Positions 16,116 to 24,287 of a stretch of DNA of 32,000 nt are shown piece after piece. The notes under the pieces were generated by a model. That model was not told the origin of the DNA. It saw only the letters and a list, made by a program, of their open reading frames with translations, and made no database searches. The DNA is from Pyrodictium abyssi (lineage in GTDB: Archaea; Thermoproteota; Thermoprotei_A; Sulfolobales; Pyrodictiaceae): NCBI RefSeq assembly GCF_036323395.1, contig NZ_AP028907.1, positions 1,050,001 to 1,082,000 of the forward strand, given 5' to 3'. The stretch's first letter is position 1; each line of letters starts with the position of its first letter. Position numbers and translations under genes: made by a program.

Positions 16116-17219
16116 ATGGCCCGAAGGGGGCGTAATTTTCTAGGGAAAACACTATGTATCTCTGTAGCATCGTATACATTGCGCGGCTCCCGGTGTCAGC
16201 CTCTCGCCCCGGCTGCCGCAGTGCACCCCCGCCCTGAGGTGAGCCTCTTGGCTATAGTAGCGCTTAACGGCCTTCCGCTCGACGGCTCGGGCGCCGACGA
16301 CGGGCCGAGGGAAATAGAGGCCTACTCGCGGCTCATAGCGATGGCTGTCGTGGGGGTCGAGGAGGCCGTTGGCAGCGGGGTTACCGGCGGGTTCGCGAAC
16401 CTCCTCGCCCGGGAGATAATGGCGAAGTACAAGCCCCCAGAGGGGGACCTCCGCTCTGCCCTCGAGTGGCTCGGCAGGAACACTGTGTTCCGTGTAGACA
16501 CCTACCGTGTTGGGGGCCGTCTCTGCCGCGACGAGGGGGGCGAGAAGGCCTTTTACCTCATAGCCCGCGAGTGTCCTGTCCGCCAGATACTCTACCTCGA
16601 GGACCTCCCGGCGGGCCGCACGCTCTGCAGGATAATGTGCAGCTACCTGGAGAGGCTGTTCGCCGAGAGGCTTGGCGGCCGCTACCGGGTAAAGCTCGCC
16701 CGTACGGGACCCAACGCGTGCCTCCTACGCGGCGTAGTGGTCTCCGGAAACCCGCCGCCCGACGACCTAGAGGTCCGCACTGAGCCGCCGAGCCGCGAGG
16801 AGTACGTGAAGCTCCTCCACGAGATGCTCTCAGCCATACTCCGTGGGCTCTCCCGCGCCCTCTACCTCACCCTTGGCAGCAACCCGGCTATGAGCTACCG
16901 GGCTGGCAAGAGCTACGGCCGCCACCTCGGCGCAATGATCCTTGCTGAGGGCTACGAGGCTTCGAGCCTAGAGGAGGCTGTGGAGATACTAAACGAGGGC
17001 CTACAGGGGATGGTGAAGACCCGGCTAGAGGGCGACAAGCTGTTCCTAGAGTGGAGCTGGTTCCACGACATAGTTGAGAAGGAGGGGATAGAGCACCCCG
17101 AGTTCATACACCGCCTGGTCCAGGGCTTCATAGCGGGCATCCTCGAGATGCTCCTAGGCCGGCGTATCGAGCTCCGCTCAACCCAGGAGCAGAACGTCTA
17201 CCGGGTGATGCAGCTGTGA
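16116..17219 (+). CDS. V4R-domain-like (4-vinyl-reductase / hydrocarbon-binding type) protein, coupled to the hydrogenase genes
   Basis: ARECPVRQILYLEDLPAGRTLCRIMCSYLERLFAERLGGRYRVKLARTGPNACLL matches the Cys-containing V4R pattern as I remember it. A second Cys-less V4R-like repeat sits at the C-terminus. The stop overlaps the hydrogenase small-subunit GTG (GTGA). The true start is uncertain because the first ~50 codons look non-coding. Confidence 0.5.
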   Translation: MARRGRNFLGKTLCISVASYTLRGSRCQPLAPAAAVHPRPEVSLLAIVALNGLPLDGSGADDGPREIEAYSRLIAMAVVGVEEAVGSGVTGGFANLLAREIMAKYKPPEGDLRSALEWLGRNTVFRVDTYRVGGRLCRDEGGEKAFYLIARECPVRQILYLEDLPAGRTLCRIMCSYLERLFAERLGGRYRVKLARTGPNACLLRGVVVSGNPPPDDLEVRTEPPSREEYVKLLHEMLSAILRGLSRALYLTLGSNPAMSYRAGKSYGRHLGAMILAEGYEASSLEEAVEILNEGLQGMVKTRLEGDKLFLEWSWFHDIVEKEGIEHPEFIHRLVQGFIAGILEMLLGRRIELRSTQEQNVYRVMQL

Positions 17220-18205
17220 CCGGGAAGCTCACCCTAGCAGTGATACCCCTCAGCGGCTGCGGCGGCTGCGAGGTGCAGGTCCTCCGCGCTCTAGCCCTCC
17301 ACGAGGACCTCATGGAGCGGTATGAGATAGTATACTGGCCCCTCGTGGTCGAGGAGACCAAGCTGCCCGAGAAGGTAGACGTGGCCATAGTGGAGGGGCT
17401 TGTCAGGACCCGGGAGAACCTGGAGGCGCTGCGCGAAGCCCGGCTTAGGAGCCGTACACTCATACTCCTGGGCAGCTGCGCGGCGTGGGGCGGCATCGGC
17501 GGCTCAGCGGACTCCTTCAACCCGCGGCTTAGCATGAAAGCTATATACGGCCGCGAGGGGATAGAGGAGAGCGCCGAGATGCTTCCACGCGCCTACGCGG
17601 CGGCCGACCTGGTGCCCGTGGACTACATCATATCCCGGTGCCCGCCCCCGGTCGAGCACGTAGTCCTAGCCCTCCGCGCGATAGCCGAGGGCAAGAAGGT
17701 GCCGGTAGCAGATAGCACGGTCTGCAGCCAGTGCCCCCGCGAGATAAAGCCCGTGGAGAAGCTAGAGTTCAAGCCGGGGCTCCCCGGGCCCAACGCAGAC
17801 CCCAAGACCTGTTTCCTCAGCCAGGGCTACCTCTGCCTCGGCTCCGTCACAACCGTAGGCTGCGGCGCGCCGTGCACGAGGCATGGTGTGACCTGCTTCG
17901 GCTGCGGCGGCCCGCACATAGAGATAGCTGAGAGGCGCGACATGGACATAGTGACGGCGCTCGCTAAGAAGGTCGCTACGCTAGCCGGCCTAGACCCAGC
18001 CAACGACCTGGACAAGGTCGTGGACATGCTGCTAAAGGTGTACGAGCCACGCCGCTTCTACGTCTTCACCTTCGCCTCGCAGGTGCTACGCCGCAAGCCT
18101 CACGGCTACGCAGTGCACGCACTGGCCTCGACTAGGCGCGACCCGGTTTTCGTGAAGAGGCTCGAGGAGCGAGCCCACTTCGCATCGGGCGAGGAGGGCT
18201 TGTAG
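17216..18205 (+). CDS. [NiFe]-hydrogenase small subunit, group 3 (MvhG/FrhG-like), cytoplasmic
   Basis: The N-terminus LAVIPLSGCGGCEVQVL shows the proximal-cluster Cys pattern with no twin-arginine signal. The C-terminus CSQCPRE...CFLSQGYLCLGSVTTVGCGAPCTRHGVTCFGCGGP carries the medial and distal cluster motifs. Confidence 0.85.
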   Translation: MTGKLTLAVIPLSGCGGCEVQVLRALALHEDLMERYEIVYWPLVVEETKLPEKVDVAIVEGLVRTRENLEALREARLRSRTLILLGSCAAWGGIGGSADSFNPRLSMKAIYGREGIEESAEMLPRAYAAADLVPVDYIISRCPPPVEHVVLALRAIAEGKKVPVADSTVCSQCPREIKPVEKLEFKPGLPGPNADPKTCFLSQGYLCLGSVTTVGCGAPCTRHGVTCFGCGGPHIEIAERRDMDIVTALAKKVATLAGLDPANDLDKVVDMLLKVYEPRRFYVFTFASQVLRRKPHGYAVHALASTRRDPVFVKRLEERAHFASGEEGL

Positions 18206-18208
18206 CCG

Positions 18209-19690
18209 ATGCTCCATGCGCGTGGAGGTGTGCCGGTGGTGGGCTCGGCCGGAGAGAAGGCAGAGACTAGGAAGAGGCTAAGGAAGATCCTCGTGACGCT
18301 GGTTGAGGGCCATGCATTCGTCGTCTTCAAGACCGGGGGCGACGGCCGCGTAGAGGACGTGCTCTACGAAGGCGTTGACACGAGAATGTTTGAGACAATG
18401 TGGGTCGGCATGCTTGTCGATGAACTGCCGAGGGTAACTCCGATGATATGCGGCGTCTGCAGCGCCACCCACCATATAGCTAGTGTCAAGGCAGTGGATG
18501 GTGTGAGGGGCGTAGAGGCTCCCGAGGACGCGTGGCGCATCAGGTACATGGTCAACTGGGGTATACACCTCAACAACCAGGTTCTCCACCCCTTAGTCTT
18601 CGGCCTGCCGGACTTCCTCCCAGCAGACGTCGAGAAGAGAAGCATGCTGGTGCTGGCCAAGAAGTACCCGGAGCTCGTCAAGGCCGGTGTAAAGCTGATG
18701 GAGCTAGGCCACAAGGTAGTAGCGGTCTACGGTGGCAGGGATATACACCCTATCAACGCCATAGCTGGTGGTGTTGCGCGTAAGCCCTCTGGCACCGAGA
18801 TCTCGAAGCTAAGGGACTTGTTCGCTAAGCACCGCGGCGACCTAGAAGTATTCGTAAAGACAGCAATTAAGATAATGGAGGAGTCTAAGGACAAGATAGG
18901 GGAGTACAAGCCCGGCTACAGTTACATGATGGCCCTGGCGGGTGAGAACCGTGAGTACGACATAGTAAACGGCCGGGTCAGAATACTGGACGCCAAGACT
19001 GGCTCAGTGGTAGCAGAGTTCAGCGACCGCACGACAGAGTACCTCAAGTACCTCAAGGAGTACACTGTGCCCTACAGCTACATAAGGATGGTTACTACGA
19101 AGTGGAAGGCCCAGAGTCCCCGTGAGGGCACGATACACGTCAGTGCCCTCGCCCGCGCAAACATAGTCAAGAGCTACGGCGTAGAGTGGGCCGACGAGCT
19201 GCGCGACAGGCTGTTCGAGGAGTGGGGCCGCCCGTTAACGCACCCGCTCCTGGCCACCTACCTACGCGTGGTAGAGACGGTAGCAATATACGAGAACATA
19301 TCGAGGGAGCTGGAGAAGCCCCTCGGCGACAACATATACACGCCGCCCCCGAGGGACACCGGCGAGGGCGTAGGCATAATAGAGGCGCCTAGAGGCACGC
19401 TCATCCACCACTACCGCGGCGAGGAGGGCAAGACCACCTTCGTCAACATAATAACCCCGACCGCCATCAACGCGGCCGCGATAGAAGCCGACCTCCGCGG
19501 CTACTTCGTCGGCAAGAAGCTAGACGAGATGAAGGACCGCGAGGTCTACGCGGCGGCAGTAGCGATAGCCCGCAGCTACGACCCGTGCATGGCGTGCGCG
19601 ACTCATGCAGCACGCCTAGACAAGTTGCCTCCCCTAAGGATAGTCATAGCGGACGAGAACTGGAGGCCAGTGCGCGTCATAAAGCCCTAG
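18209..19690 (+). CDS. [NiFe]-hydrogenase large subunit, group 3 (MvhA-like)
   Basis: It has the N-terminal Ni-binding motif RVTPMICGVCSATHH and the C-terminal motif DPCMACATH. The latter is followed by a 27-aa extension, the usual substrate of a maturation endopeptidase. Confidence 0.9.
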   Translation: MLHARGGVPVVGSAGEKAETRKRLRKILVTLVEGHAFVVFKTGGDGRVEDVLYEGVDTRMFETMWVGMLVDELPRVTPMICGVCSATHHIASVKAVDGVRGVEAPEDAWRIRYMVNWGIHLNNQVLHPLVFGLPDFLPADVEKRSMLVLAKKYPELVKAGVKLMELGHKVVAVYGGRDIHPINAIAGGVARKPSGTEISKLRDLFAKHRGDLEVFVKTAIKIMEESKDKIGEYKPGYSYMMALAGENREYDIVNGRVRILDAKTGSVVAEFSDRTTEYLKYLKEYTVPYSYIRMVTTKWKAQSPREGTIHVSALARANIVKSYGVEWADELRDRLFEEWGRPLTHPLLATYLRVVETVAIYENISRELEKPLGDNIYTPPPRDTGEGVGIIEAPRGTLIHHYRGEEGKTTFVNIITPTAINAAAIEADLRGYFVGKKLDEMKDREVYAAAVAIARSYDPCMACATHAARLDKLPPLRIVIADENWRPVRVIKP

Positions 19691-19707
19691 ACGGGGGTGG
19701 CCCCGCG

Positions 19708-19974
19708 GTGCCCGCATCCACGGTCACGATTAGGATACTCAGGGAGCGGTGTAAGAAGTGTCTAAACTGCGTAAGAGTCTGCACCGCGTTCGACGGCGTC
19801 TTCGAGGAGGGGCCGGACGGCTACCCGGTAGTGGCCCGGCCCGAGGAGTGTGTACAGTGCCTCATATGCCACACAGTGTGCCCAGCCAACGCTATAGTCC
19901 ACGAGAACTACCGGGTAACCATGCTGATAAACCCCGACGAGGCCATAATAGAGCGCTACCGCAACATGGTGTAA
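19708..19974 (+). CDS. 2x[4Fe-4S] ferredoxin-type protein
   Basis: I place the start at GTG 19708, with GGGGGTGG upstream, after the large-subunit stop. The track ORF from 19585 overlaps that gene. The motifs are CKKCLNCVRVC and CVQCLICHTVCP. Confidence 0.75.
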   Translation: MPASTVTIRILRERCKKCLNCVRVCTAFDGVFEEGPDGYPVVARPEECVQCLICHTVCPANAIVHENYRVTMLINPDEAIIERYRNMV

Positions 19975-20019
19975 CAGTCTACGGCGCCCTCGCGGTTTCT
20001 CCCGGTCCCTTGCCCCGGG

Positions 20020-21822
20020 CTACTCCTCGGCCCCGCGGAGCCCGGCTCCACCCATGTACTCGATGTAGCGTGGACAGCTGTATGCGTTGTCGAGAACCAG
20101 GCGGAGCACATCCACGGTATCCACCCGGTAGCTGTAGGCTAGCCTCGCGAGCCGGACTAGGCCGCGGCCCACCGGCACCTGGACCGTGAACACTATCCTG
20201 GTGAAGGCCCCGCTCCTCTTGAGGAGCCTCGCAAGCCGCGCCTCCACCGCGTCACGGACGCCGCGTAGCCCGGCCAGCCGCTGGCCGTTCTCCCCGTAGA
20301 CTGTGATACGGGCCTCTAGCTCCCTGTCGGGCTCCAGGGCCTCGCGGTACAGCGTGTAGAGCTTCTGGAGAGCGGTGCGCGCCGCGTAGACCCTGCCTAG
20401 GTGTGTGTAGATGTAGACAGCGAGGCCGCGGGCCTGGAGCCACTCTAGCGCCTCCCGCGCACGGGGCAGGGGCATGCCGAGCGCCCGCGCCACCACGTCG
20501 AGGGGTGCTGGCTGCTCCTCTACTGCCTCTAGGACGCGGCGCCGGCGGCTGAAGCTCCAGATGTACTCAACCACCCCGGGGTCAATGTTGACGTAGACGC
20601 CGGCGCGCCGAGCCTCCAGGAGCCCGTCTACCAGGCTATCGACGTCCACGGTGTCGGGCGTGGCTATGAAGACTACCCAGCGGGGCCTCTGCCGGGCCGA
20701 GTCGGTGGCGCGGAGCACTCGGCCGAGCCTCTGGATGAACCTTAGCGGGCTAGCAGTGTGGCTCCACACTACCAGGAGGCTCGCCTCCGGCAGGTCTATG
20801 CCCTCCTCGCCCGCGCTGGTGGAGACTATGAGTCGTGTCCCAGGCCTCCGGGCCCGGTCGAGCGCCTCCCGGGGGTCTATCCGGCGGCGGCCTAGGACAA
20901 GGACCGGGTTGTACCCCGCTAGCTTCTCGGCGACGTACTCGGCGACCACGACCCGGTCTATGAAGACTATAGCCTTGTCGAAGCCCTCGTGGTCCCGGAG
21001 CACCCTCTCGAGTGCGCCTAGCTTGTGGGCGGGCCTCACCCCGCCGCTGTAGAGGAGGCTGAGCGCCTCCCGGGGTACGAGGCTCCTTAGCTTCTGGCTC
21101 CTCTCGAGGCTCTCCATGAGTGCGAGCGCGCCGTCGCGGACCAGCCACCGTATAGCGTTGCCGAGGAGGCTCCGGCTGCCCCCGGTGGCCTGGTCCCATG
21201 CCTCCTCGAGCAGCATGTAGAGCCGGGCCTCGGCATCGTTGAGCGGAGCCTCGTAGACCTCGGCCTCCCAGCCCGGCAGGTAGCGCGAGAGCCGGGGGTC
21301 GTCCCAGCCCCAGCACCGTATCCTGCCTATGAGCTCCTCGATCTCCCTCCTCCTGCTGGGCGGCACGTAGGCGGTTAGGCCTAGCCTCCACCGGAACCGG
21401 TACCCCTTCATCACCTTCATGTAGGCGTCCTGGCCCGTGGTGTGGTGGCACTCGTCGACCACAACAGCGTCGAAGCCCTGGCTTAGGAACTCCCTCCACT
21501 CCGCCACCACTATCTCCGGCGTGGCCACCACTACCCGGCTTCTCCAGCCCCTGCTCCTCTCGCCCCGGCTAAGGCTCCCGTGGACGGGGGCTGCGTCGAG
21601 GCCCTGGCTCTGGAGGAACCTCGCGCTCTGCTCTACGAGGAACCGGGTGGGCTCGAGGACTAGTACGCGGCGGGCACGGCCGCTGCGGAGTAGCTCCTCT
21701 ATCCAGAGCACTGCTACGAGCGTCTTCCCCGTCCCCGTGGGCATGCATACGACAGCGGCGCCCTCGCGGAGCGCCCACTCAGCGGCCTCGCGCTGGTAGT
21801 CCCGTGGCTTTAGCCGCGCCAC
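20020..21822 (-). CDS. SF2 DExH (DECH) helicase with C-terminal winged-helix and an unassigned ~130-aa domain
   Basis: Motifs are RDYQ (Q-like), motif I MPTGTGKT, motif II VVVDECHH, motif III GLTAY and motif VI QRLGRVLR. The C-terminus LDVVARALGMPLPRAREALEWLQARGL is wHTH-like. The helicase core starts at residue ~5, so there is no XPB-type N-terminal domain. Confidence 0.85.
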   Translation of the reverse strand: MARLKPRDYQREAAEWALREGAAVVCMPTGTGKTLVAVLWIEELLRSGRARRVLVLEPTRFLVEQSARFLQSQGLDAAPVHGSLSRGERSRGWRSRVVVATPEIVVAEWREFLSQGFDAVVVDECHHTTGQDAYMKVMKGYRFRWRLGLTAYVPPSRRREIEELIGRIRCWGWDDPRLSRYLPGWEAEVYEAPLNDAEARLYMLLEEAWDQATGGSRSLLGNAIRWLVRDGALALMESLERSQKLRSLVPREALSLLYSGGVRPAHKLGALERVLRDHEGFDKAIVFIDRVVVAEYVAEKLAGYNPVLVLGRRRIDPREALDRARRPGTRLIVSTSAGEEGIDLPEASLLVVWSHTASPLRFIQRLGRVLRATDSARQRPRWVVFIATPDTVDVDSLVDGLLEARRAGVYVNIDPGVVEYIWSFSRRRRVLEAVEEQPAPLDVVARALGMPLPRAREALEWLQARGLAVYIYTHLGRVYAARTALQKLYTLYREALEPDRELEARITVYGENGQRLAGLRGVRDAVEARLARLLKRSGAFTRIVFTVQVPVGRGLVRLARLAYSYRVDTVDVLRLVLDNAYSCPRYIEYMGGAGLRGAEE

Positions 21823-21917
21823 CTGTGTGCTCCCCTAGCCCCGGCTTATGCCCCATAGGGGTCCTTTGCTGGCGGGCTGTGGTGCAGCCGTGGAGGCCCC
21901 TGGGAGAAAAGAGGGGC

Positions 21918-22802
21918 CTAGCTGAGGTACCTCACAGCCTCCTTCATGACCTCGGCGTAGAGGGTTATGGTGTCGCGGTACTTCGTTTCAGGTATACCGG
22001 TATAGATGAGGTGCATCCTTAGCGGCAGCTCCTTCTCCCGGACCTCCTTCACCATGAACCTGGCGAGCGCGCGGGCTAGCGGCTCTATGTCGGGGTAGCC
22101 CTTGCCGAGGGGTACCCGCTTCTTCAGTATCCTCCGGCCGAGCGCGAAGCCTATCACCTGGCTAAACCGGAGCGAGAGGAAGCCGTGGCTCAGCTCGAGT
22201 GTCCGGCGCAGTATGTTTGTCCAGAAGGCCTCGTCGGCCATAGCGTTGGCCTGCTCGAAGTCGCCGTGCTCGCTAGCGCCGGTCTCGAGCATCCACGCGT
22301 TCTCCAGCTGCACAGAGACTATCAGCCGGTCCTCGCCGACCATCTCCCGGAGCGCCTTTACCTCGTCCCATAGGCCCAGCATCCGCCTGGTGTAGGGCAC
22401 CTCGACGCTTATGAGCATGCCCTCGCCGGCTTCCTCGGCCAGCCTCCTCAGGACATCGGCCGCCGCCTCTAGGTCGCGGTGGTCCATGTAGGCGCGCCAG
22501 CCAAGGTGGAGGTTGAACACCTCTGCTCCCGCTATCCTGGCCTTCCTGACAGCCGCCATCAGGGCCTTCACGGTCTTCTCCTGCACGTACTTGTTGGTGG
22601 AGACCACGTTGTAGTAGGGCGCGTGCGCGGTTATCGTGGTGAAGGCCTTGGAGGCGAACTCGCGGTACTGCTGGAAGTAGTCCTCGCCCCGGCTACGCCG
22701 GGCGAGGTCGTACGGCGGTATCTCGGTGAGCTTGGTGCCGAGCGCAGCCGCTATAGGCAGCTTGGAGAACGCGTTGTAGGTGCCCCAGTCGAAGAGTATC
22801 AA
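21918..22802 (-). CDS. Xylose-isomerase-like TIM-barrel protein, divergent endonuclease IV (AP endonuclease 2)-like
   Basis: The motif series TAHAPYYNV, AEVFNLHLG, LISVEVPY and VSVQLENAW follows the beta-strand-end motif order of Endo IV/TIM-barrel family 2. The C-terminal half lacks obvious His/Asp ligand motifs. It lies 95 nt upstream of the helicase on the same strand. Confidence 0.55.
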   Translation of the reverse strand: MILFDWGTYNAFSKLPIAAALGTKLTEIPPYDLARRSRGEDYFQQYREFASKAFTTITAHAPYYNVVSTNKYVQEKTVKALMAAVRKARIAGAEVFNLHLGWRAYMDHRDLEAAADVLRRLAEEAGEGMLISVEVPYTRRMLGLWDEVKALREMVGEDRLIVSVQLENAWMLETGASEHGDFEQANAMADEAFWTNILRRTLELSHGFLSLRFSQVIGFALGRRILKKRVPLGKGYPDIEPLARALARFMVKEVREKELPLRMHLIYTGIPETKYRDTITLYAEVMKEAVRYLS

Positions 22803-22846
22803 TCCGGCTTCCCACCAGTAGACATAGCGTGTAGAGCGATGGCTAA

Positions 22847-23758
22847 ATGCCTAGCCCCCGCGCCGGGGCGCAGCGGCGGAGGACAGCGGTGTGGAGACGC
22901 AGAGTGCTGCCGCCCTGGCTGGCCCTGGGGGTAGCTCTCCTAGGCATATCGACGGCGGCGCCGCTGGCGAGGCTAGCAGCCGTAGACGGCGCTACTGCTG
23001 CGTGGTGGCGGCTCCTAGTCGGCGGCGGGGTAACCCTAGCGGCGGCGCTCCTGGCTGGCCAGCTGCCCCGCGGCAGCGTGGCCCTCCGTAGCCTGCCGGG
23101 CGGCGTCTTCCTGGCGGCGCACCTAGCACTCTGGCTCGAGAGCCTACGCTACATGAGCATAGCCTCCTCGACCGGGATAGTGGTCTCGTACCCGGTCATC
23201 GCGGCGGCGTACGAGGCGCTCCACGGCGGTCTACCGCCCCGCCGCCTCCTAGGCGTCGTCCTCGGCTTCGCCGGTGTCGCGGTTCTCTCCACGCCATGGG
23301 CAGGCGCCACACTGCCCGGCTCGCTGCTAGCCCTCGCAGGCGCCTTCACAGCAGCAGCGTACTTCCTCACCGGCCGCAGGCTACGCGTCTCCGGCGCCAC
23401 CACCCTAGAGTACACCGCAACGGTCTACACCACGGCCTTCCTGGTCCTCACAGTCTACTGCCTCGCGGCCGGCGTGGAGCCGTGGAGCCCCCGTCCAGGG
23501 AGCCTCCCCTACCTAGTGGCGCTAGGCCTCGCTCCGATGCTGATGGGCCACACTATGCTGAACTACGCGCTCGCCTACTACCCGGCCAGCATAGTGACCG
23601 GTGTCGCGCTCCTCGAGCCCTACGGAGCGAGCCTCATAGCGTGGCTAGTCCTCGGCGAAGAACCGCCTCCCGCGAGCATCCCGGGGCTACTGCTCACCGT
23701 GTCTGGGGCCTGGCTAGCGCTTAGCCCCGGAGGAGCTTCTCGTAGACGACGGCTCTAG
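22847..23758 (+). CDS. EamA/DMT-family transporter
   Basis: About 10 TM helices arranged as two EamA-like halves. The composition is Ala/Leu/Gly-rich and the N-terminus is basic. Confidence 0.75.
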   Translation: MPSPRAGAQRRRTAVWRRRVLPPWLALGVALLGISTAAPLARLAAVDGATAAWWRLLVGGGVTLAAALLAGQLPRGSVALRSLPGGVFLAAHLALWLESLRYMSIASSTGIVVSYPVIAAAYEALHGGLPPRRLLGVVLGFAGVAVLSTPWAGATLPGSLLALAGAFTAAAYFLTGRRLRVSGATTLEYTATVYTTAFLVLTVYCLAAGVEPWSPRPGSLPYLVALGLAPMLMGHTMLNYALAYYPASIVTGVALLEPYGASLIAWLVLGEEPPPASIPGLLLTVSGAWLALSPGGASRRRRL

Positions 23759-24287
23759 CGAGGTCCTCGAGCGCCTCTAGCCGGTCCACAGCCTCGTACA
23801 CAGCGTCCACGGGGTCGCTGGAGGTCCCGACCGCTACGGCACCGTGCCCCTCCATCACGGCCACGTCGCAGCCCTGGAGCGCCTCGGCGGCTAGCCTCGC
23901 GAGCTCCTCTGTCCCCGGCTCCGCCTCCGGCACGACTGCGACGCATCTCCCTAGGTAGTAGCGGGCCTCTACCCCTAGCGCCTCTGGGCGCAGCTCTAGC
24001 CCGAGGCGGCGCGCGAGCACCGCGTAGGGGTTGTGAGCGTGGACCACAGCCCGGACATCGCCCCGGGCCCGGTAGACGGCGAGGTGTAGCCGGTACTCGC
24101 TGCTAGGCCTGCCCTCGTACACGTAGCCGTCGGGGCTCATCACGGCTATGTCCCCGGGCCTCATGCGCGTCTTCACGGCGCCGCTCGGCGTTATGTAGAC
24201 GAACCTCGTGCCGTCGGGCAGCTCCAGCACAGCGCTAGCATTGCCGCCCCGGAGGTTGAGAAGGCCACGGTCGTGTAGAATCCGCAT
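23721..24287 (-). CDS. Class II aldolase/adducin-family protein (fuculose-1-P aldolase / MTRu-1-P dehydratase-like)
   Basis: Contains LRGGNASAV, YITPSG, SSEYRLHLAVY, VVHAHNPYA and MEGHGAV. The N-terminal helix appears to be encoded upstream of the ATG without a canonical start (see findings). Confidence 0.8.
   Translation of the reverse strand: MRILHDRGLLNLRGGNASAVLELPDGTRFVYITPSGAVKTRMRPGDIAVMSPDGYVYEGRPSSEYRLHLAVYRARGDVRAVVHAHNPYAVLARRLGLELRPEALGVEARYYLGRCVAVVPEAEPGTEELARLAAEALQGCDVAVMEGHGAVAVGTSSDPVDAVYEAVDRLEALEDLARAVVYEKLLRG

Noticed and set aside
19585-19707. Upstream part of the 129-aa ferredoxin track ORF
   Set aside because: It overlaps the 3' end of the hydrogenase large subunit in another frame. 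A GTG at 19708, with GGGGGTGG upstream and just after the large-subunit stop, gives a canonical ~88-aa two-cluster ferredoxin.
20750-21499. 249-aa ORF within the helicase gene
   Set aside because: It is on the same strand but out of frame with a helicase that has all SF2 motifs intact. The translation is Gly/Arg/Pro-rich junk.
23721-23758. 38-nt convergent overlap between the EamA transporter and the class II aldolase
   Set aside because: Short 3'-3' overlaps are common in compact archaeal genomes. I see nothing further to interpret.
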